DNA of 64,000 bases from Mobula hypostoma (lineage: Eukaryota): contig NC_086097.1 in the NCBI RefSeq assembly GCF_963921235.1, positions 108,936,001 to 109,000,000 on the forward strand, in the 5' to 3' direction. Positions 61,800-64,000 of the stretch are shown here, one piece after another; the first letter of the stretch is position 1, and every line of letters starts with the position of its first letter. The notes under the pieces are model-generated. The model worked only from the letters and a program-made list of their open reading frames with translations, was not told where the DNA came from and ran no database searches. Made by a program: the position numbers and the translations under genes.

Positions 61800-62420
61800 C
61801 GGGAGGAGAGCGAGCAGCGCGCCGCATGTGCGCAGCCTTCTGGTGAAAAGTGATATCGTATCCGTTAAATAGGGGCCGTGGACAATTCTGATTTGATGGA
61901 GATGGACGTGAAGGCACAGATGAACATCTGGAAAAATTTCTGAAACGCTCGTTCGCTACTGTCATTACTGCGCGGTCAGGAATCTTTTGGAGGGTAGGCC
62001 TCAAAATCCCCGGCTTTGCCTGCTGTTGGCGACAAAGATGGAGGTTGAATCGTTTGGATAGAGATGGCGCTCAGTACTCGGTGTCGGAGAGCTGATCAGA
62101 GCTCGAAGTTTTCAGATGACTCAGAGTCAGACCGTGGTTGGGTATGGCAGGGAGAGTTTTTCTTCCTTCTCCTGTCTGTGTGAGATGTGGGACATTTGAG
62201 AGACTTTGAACTTTTACTGTGCTCATGGACTTCTTCATCAAGTTATGGTATTGTTGCACTGTTGTAACTATATGTTATAATTATGTGGTTTTGTCAGTTT
62301 TTCAGTCTTGGTCTGTCCTGTGTTTTGTGATATCACACCGGAGGAAATATTGTATCATTTCTTAATGCATGCATGCATTACTAAATGACAATAAATGAGG
62401 ACTGCATGTCTTCATAATCT
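61800..62420 (+). mobile_element. Young CpG-rich non-autonomous retroposon with Rex-type 3' tail (tentative)
   Basis: CpG-rich head, TG-rich 3' part and an aatgacaataaa end similar to Rex tails in this window. Confidence 0.45.
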
Positions 62421-63345
62421 TAAAAAAAAAGCTTTTAATATCTTCTTTGATATTAGTCACCAGCATCCTCTCATAATTCATCCTTTCCTTCCGAATGACC
62501 TTCTTAGTTTCCTTCTGCAAGTTTTTAAAATCTCCCCAATCCTCTATCTTTCCACCAGCTCTGGCTTCCTTGTATGCTCTCTCTTTTGCTTTTACGTTGG
62601 CTCTGACTTCACTTGTCAGCCATGGTGGTGTCCATCTTCCCATAGAAAATTTCTTCTTATTTGGAATTTTTTGCTGAAACTCCAGCCATTACTGCTGTGG
62701 TGTCTTTCCTGCAAATGTCCCTTTCTAGTCAACTTCGGCCATTGTAATTATTTTTATTCCACTGAAATACCAACACAGTGGATTTAATTTTCTCCCCCTT
62801 AAATTTCAATGTGAACTCAATCATATTGTGATCACTGTTCCTTAAGGGTTCCTTAACCTTAAGCTCTCTTATTACCCCTGGATCATTGCAAAACACAATC
62901 CAGCACAGCCGACCCCCTAGTGGGCTCAACAACAAGCTGTTCTAAAAGCCATCCTTTAGACATTCTACAAATTCTCTCTCGAGGTCCAGTACTGGCCTGG
63001 TTTTCCCAATCCACTTTCATGTTAAAATTCCCGATTATCATGACATTGCCCTTCTGACACACCTTTTCTTTCTCCTGCTGTAATTTGTAATCCACATCCC
63101 GGCTGCTGTTTAGAAGCCTGAATATAACTGCCATTAGGGCCTTTTACCCTTGCCATTTCTTAACTCAACCCATAGAGACTCTACATTTTCCAATCCTATC
63201 TCATCTCTTTCCAATGATTTAATATTATTTCTTATACACAGGGCCATACTACCCCTTCTGCCTACTAGCCTAACTTTCTGATATACCATATATCCTTGGA
63301 CATTCAGCTCCCAATGGCAGCCATCCTTTAGCATGGTGCAGCCTA
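62421..63345 (-). mobile_element. CR1 ORF2 endonuclease region
   Basis: Minus-strand ESLWVELRNGKGK, IIGNFN, VVEPTRGSAVLD, NSDHNMIEF. Confidence 0.9.
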
Positions 63346-63350
63346 GGTCT

Positions 63351-64000
63351 TGTCATGATCCGGTCCGTGAAGTCCGTATTCTGGTTCACGGTCCGGTCCA
63401 TCGCCCTTGCTCCAGGTTTTCCTGTCTACCCTGTTTCTGTTCTTATTGAGCTCTAATTGAGGCAGCTGATGCTCGTTGGGGCTGGCTGCATAAATACCTT
63501 CAGAGACCAGGGTGTGGCTGCTGGATTGTTCTTGTCCTTACTCCTTGTATCCCTTCCCCTGCCTTCTGTTTCCTGGCCTGAAGCCCTGCCTTGTCTTGCT
63601 GGTAACTCTCGCTTCGCCTGAAGTCCTGTCTTGTCTTGCATTGCCTGAAGCCTTGCCTTGTCTTGCTGTCTTGTCCTGGAGCCACCCCGTACCCAGCTCC
63701 CTTCCTGTCCCTTGCCTCTGCCGGGTAAGTCAGGCTGTCTTGCCATTACCCTGCGGTTGGTTCTGTCCCTTCCTGTCCCTAGCCTCCATCAGGAAAGCCA
63801 GGCTGTATTGCCGTTATCTACGGTTGGTTCTGCCCCTTCCTGTCCCTTGCCTCCGTCGGGTAAACCAGGCCGTCTTGCCGTTAGCTGCAGTTGGTTCTGT
63901 CCTTTGCCTCCGTTGGGTGGAGTACTGCACCCTGCCCAGGGGAATTGCACCCTGCCCAGAAGGAGCCGCCTGCCAAGCTTCGCCTCAAGTCTCTAAGACT
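63351..64000 (+). mobile_element. LTR related to 44661-46002, cut by the window end
   Basis: Starts TGTCATGATCCGGTCCGTGAAGTCCG and has a shared taattgaggca..cataaatacc segment. Confidence 0.85.

Larger units (their letters stand above)
7507..64000 (+). other. pde1c: Large pde1c intron, transposon-rich, continues beyond the window
   Basis: No LRSLVKQLERGEASVV-coding exon was seen downstream by eye or in the ORF track. Confidence 0.75.

Noticed and set aside
44661..64000. The two related LTRs (44661 and 63351) as ends of one provirus
   Set aside because: The first has its own TSD on both sides, the two differ substantially, and no gag or pol lies between them.

Overview
Vertebrate (eukaryotic) genomic DNA, not prokaryotic. 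The repeat content (abundant CR1 LINEs, Rex1/Babar LINEs, Penelope-like elements, V-type SINEs) suggests a cartilaginous fish, probably a ray; this is inference. The window holds the 5' end of pde1c (Ca2+/calmodulin-dependent phosphodiesterase 1C) on the + strand: a CpG-enriched promoter region, a 101-nt first coding exon (MESPTKEIEEFESNSLKYLQPEQIEKIWLRLRGL) and a 27-nt micro-exon (RKYKKTSQR). About 56 kb of intron follows, and I did not find the next canonical exon (LRSLVKQLERG...). The intron is mostly nested, decayed transposons. Most notable: (1) Penelope-like insertions built as fold-back hairpins with target-site duplications and minimal hammerhead-ribozyme cores; (2) a Sleeping-Beauty-like Tc1 derivative made of two right IR/DR ends; (3) three candidate unannotated phase-2 alternative exons of pde1c; (4) a CR1 carrying a perfect internal copy of its own 3' end. 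There is no CRISPR array, rRNA gene or intact transposon ORF. Repeat boundaries without TSDs are approximate, and family names come from recalled motifs rather than database searches.
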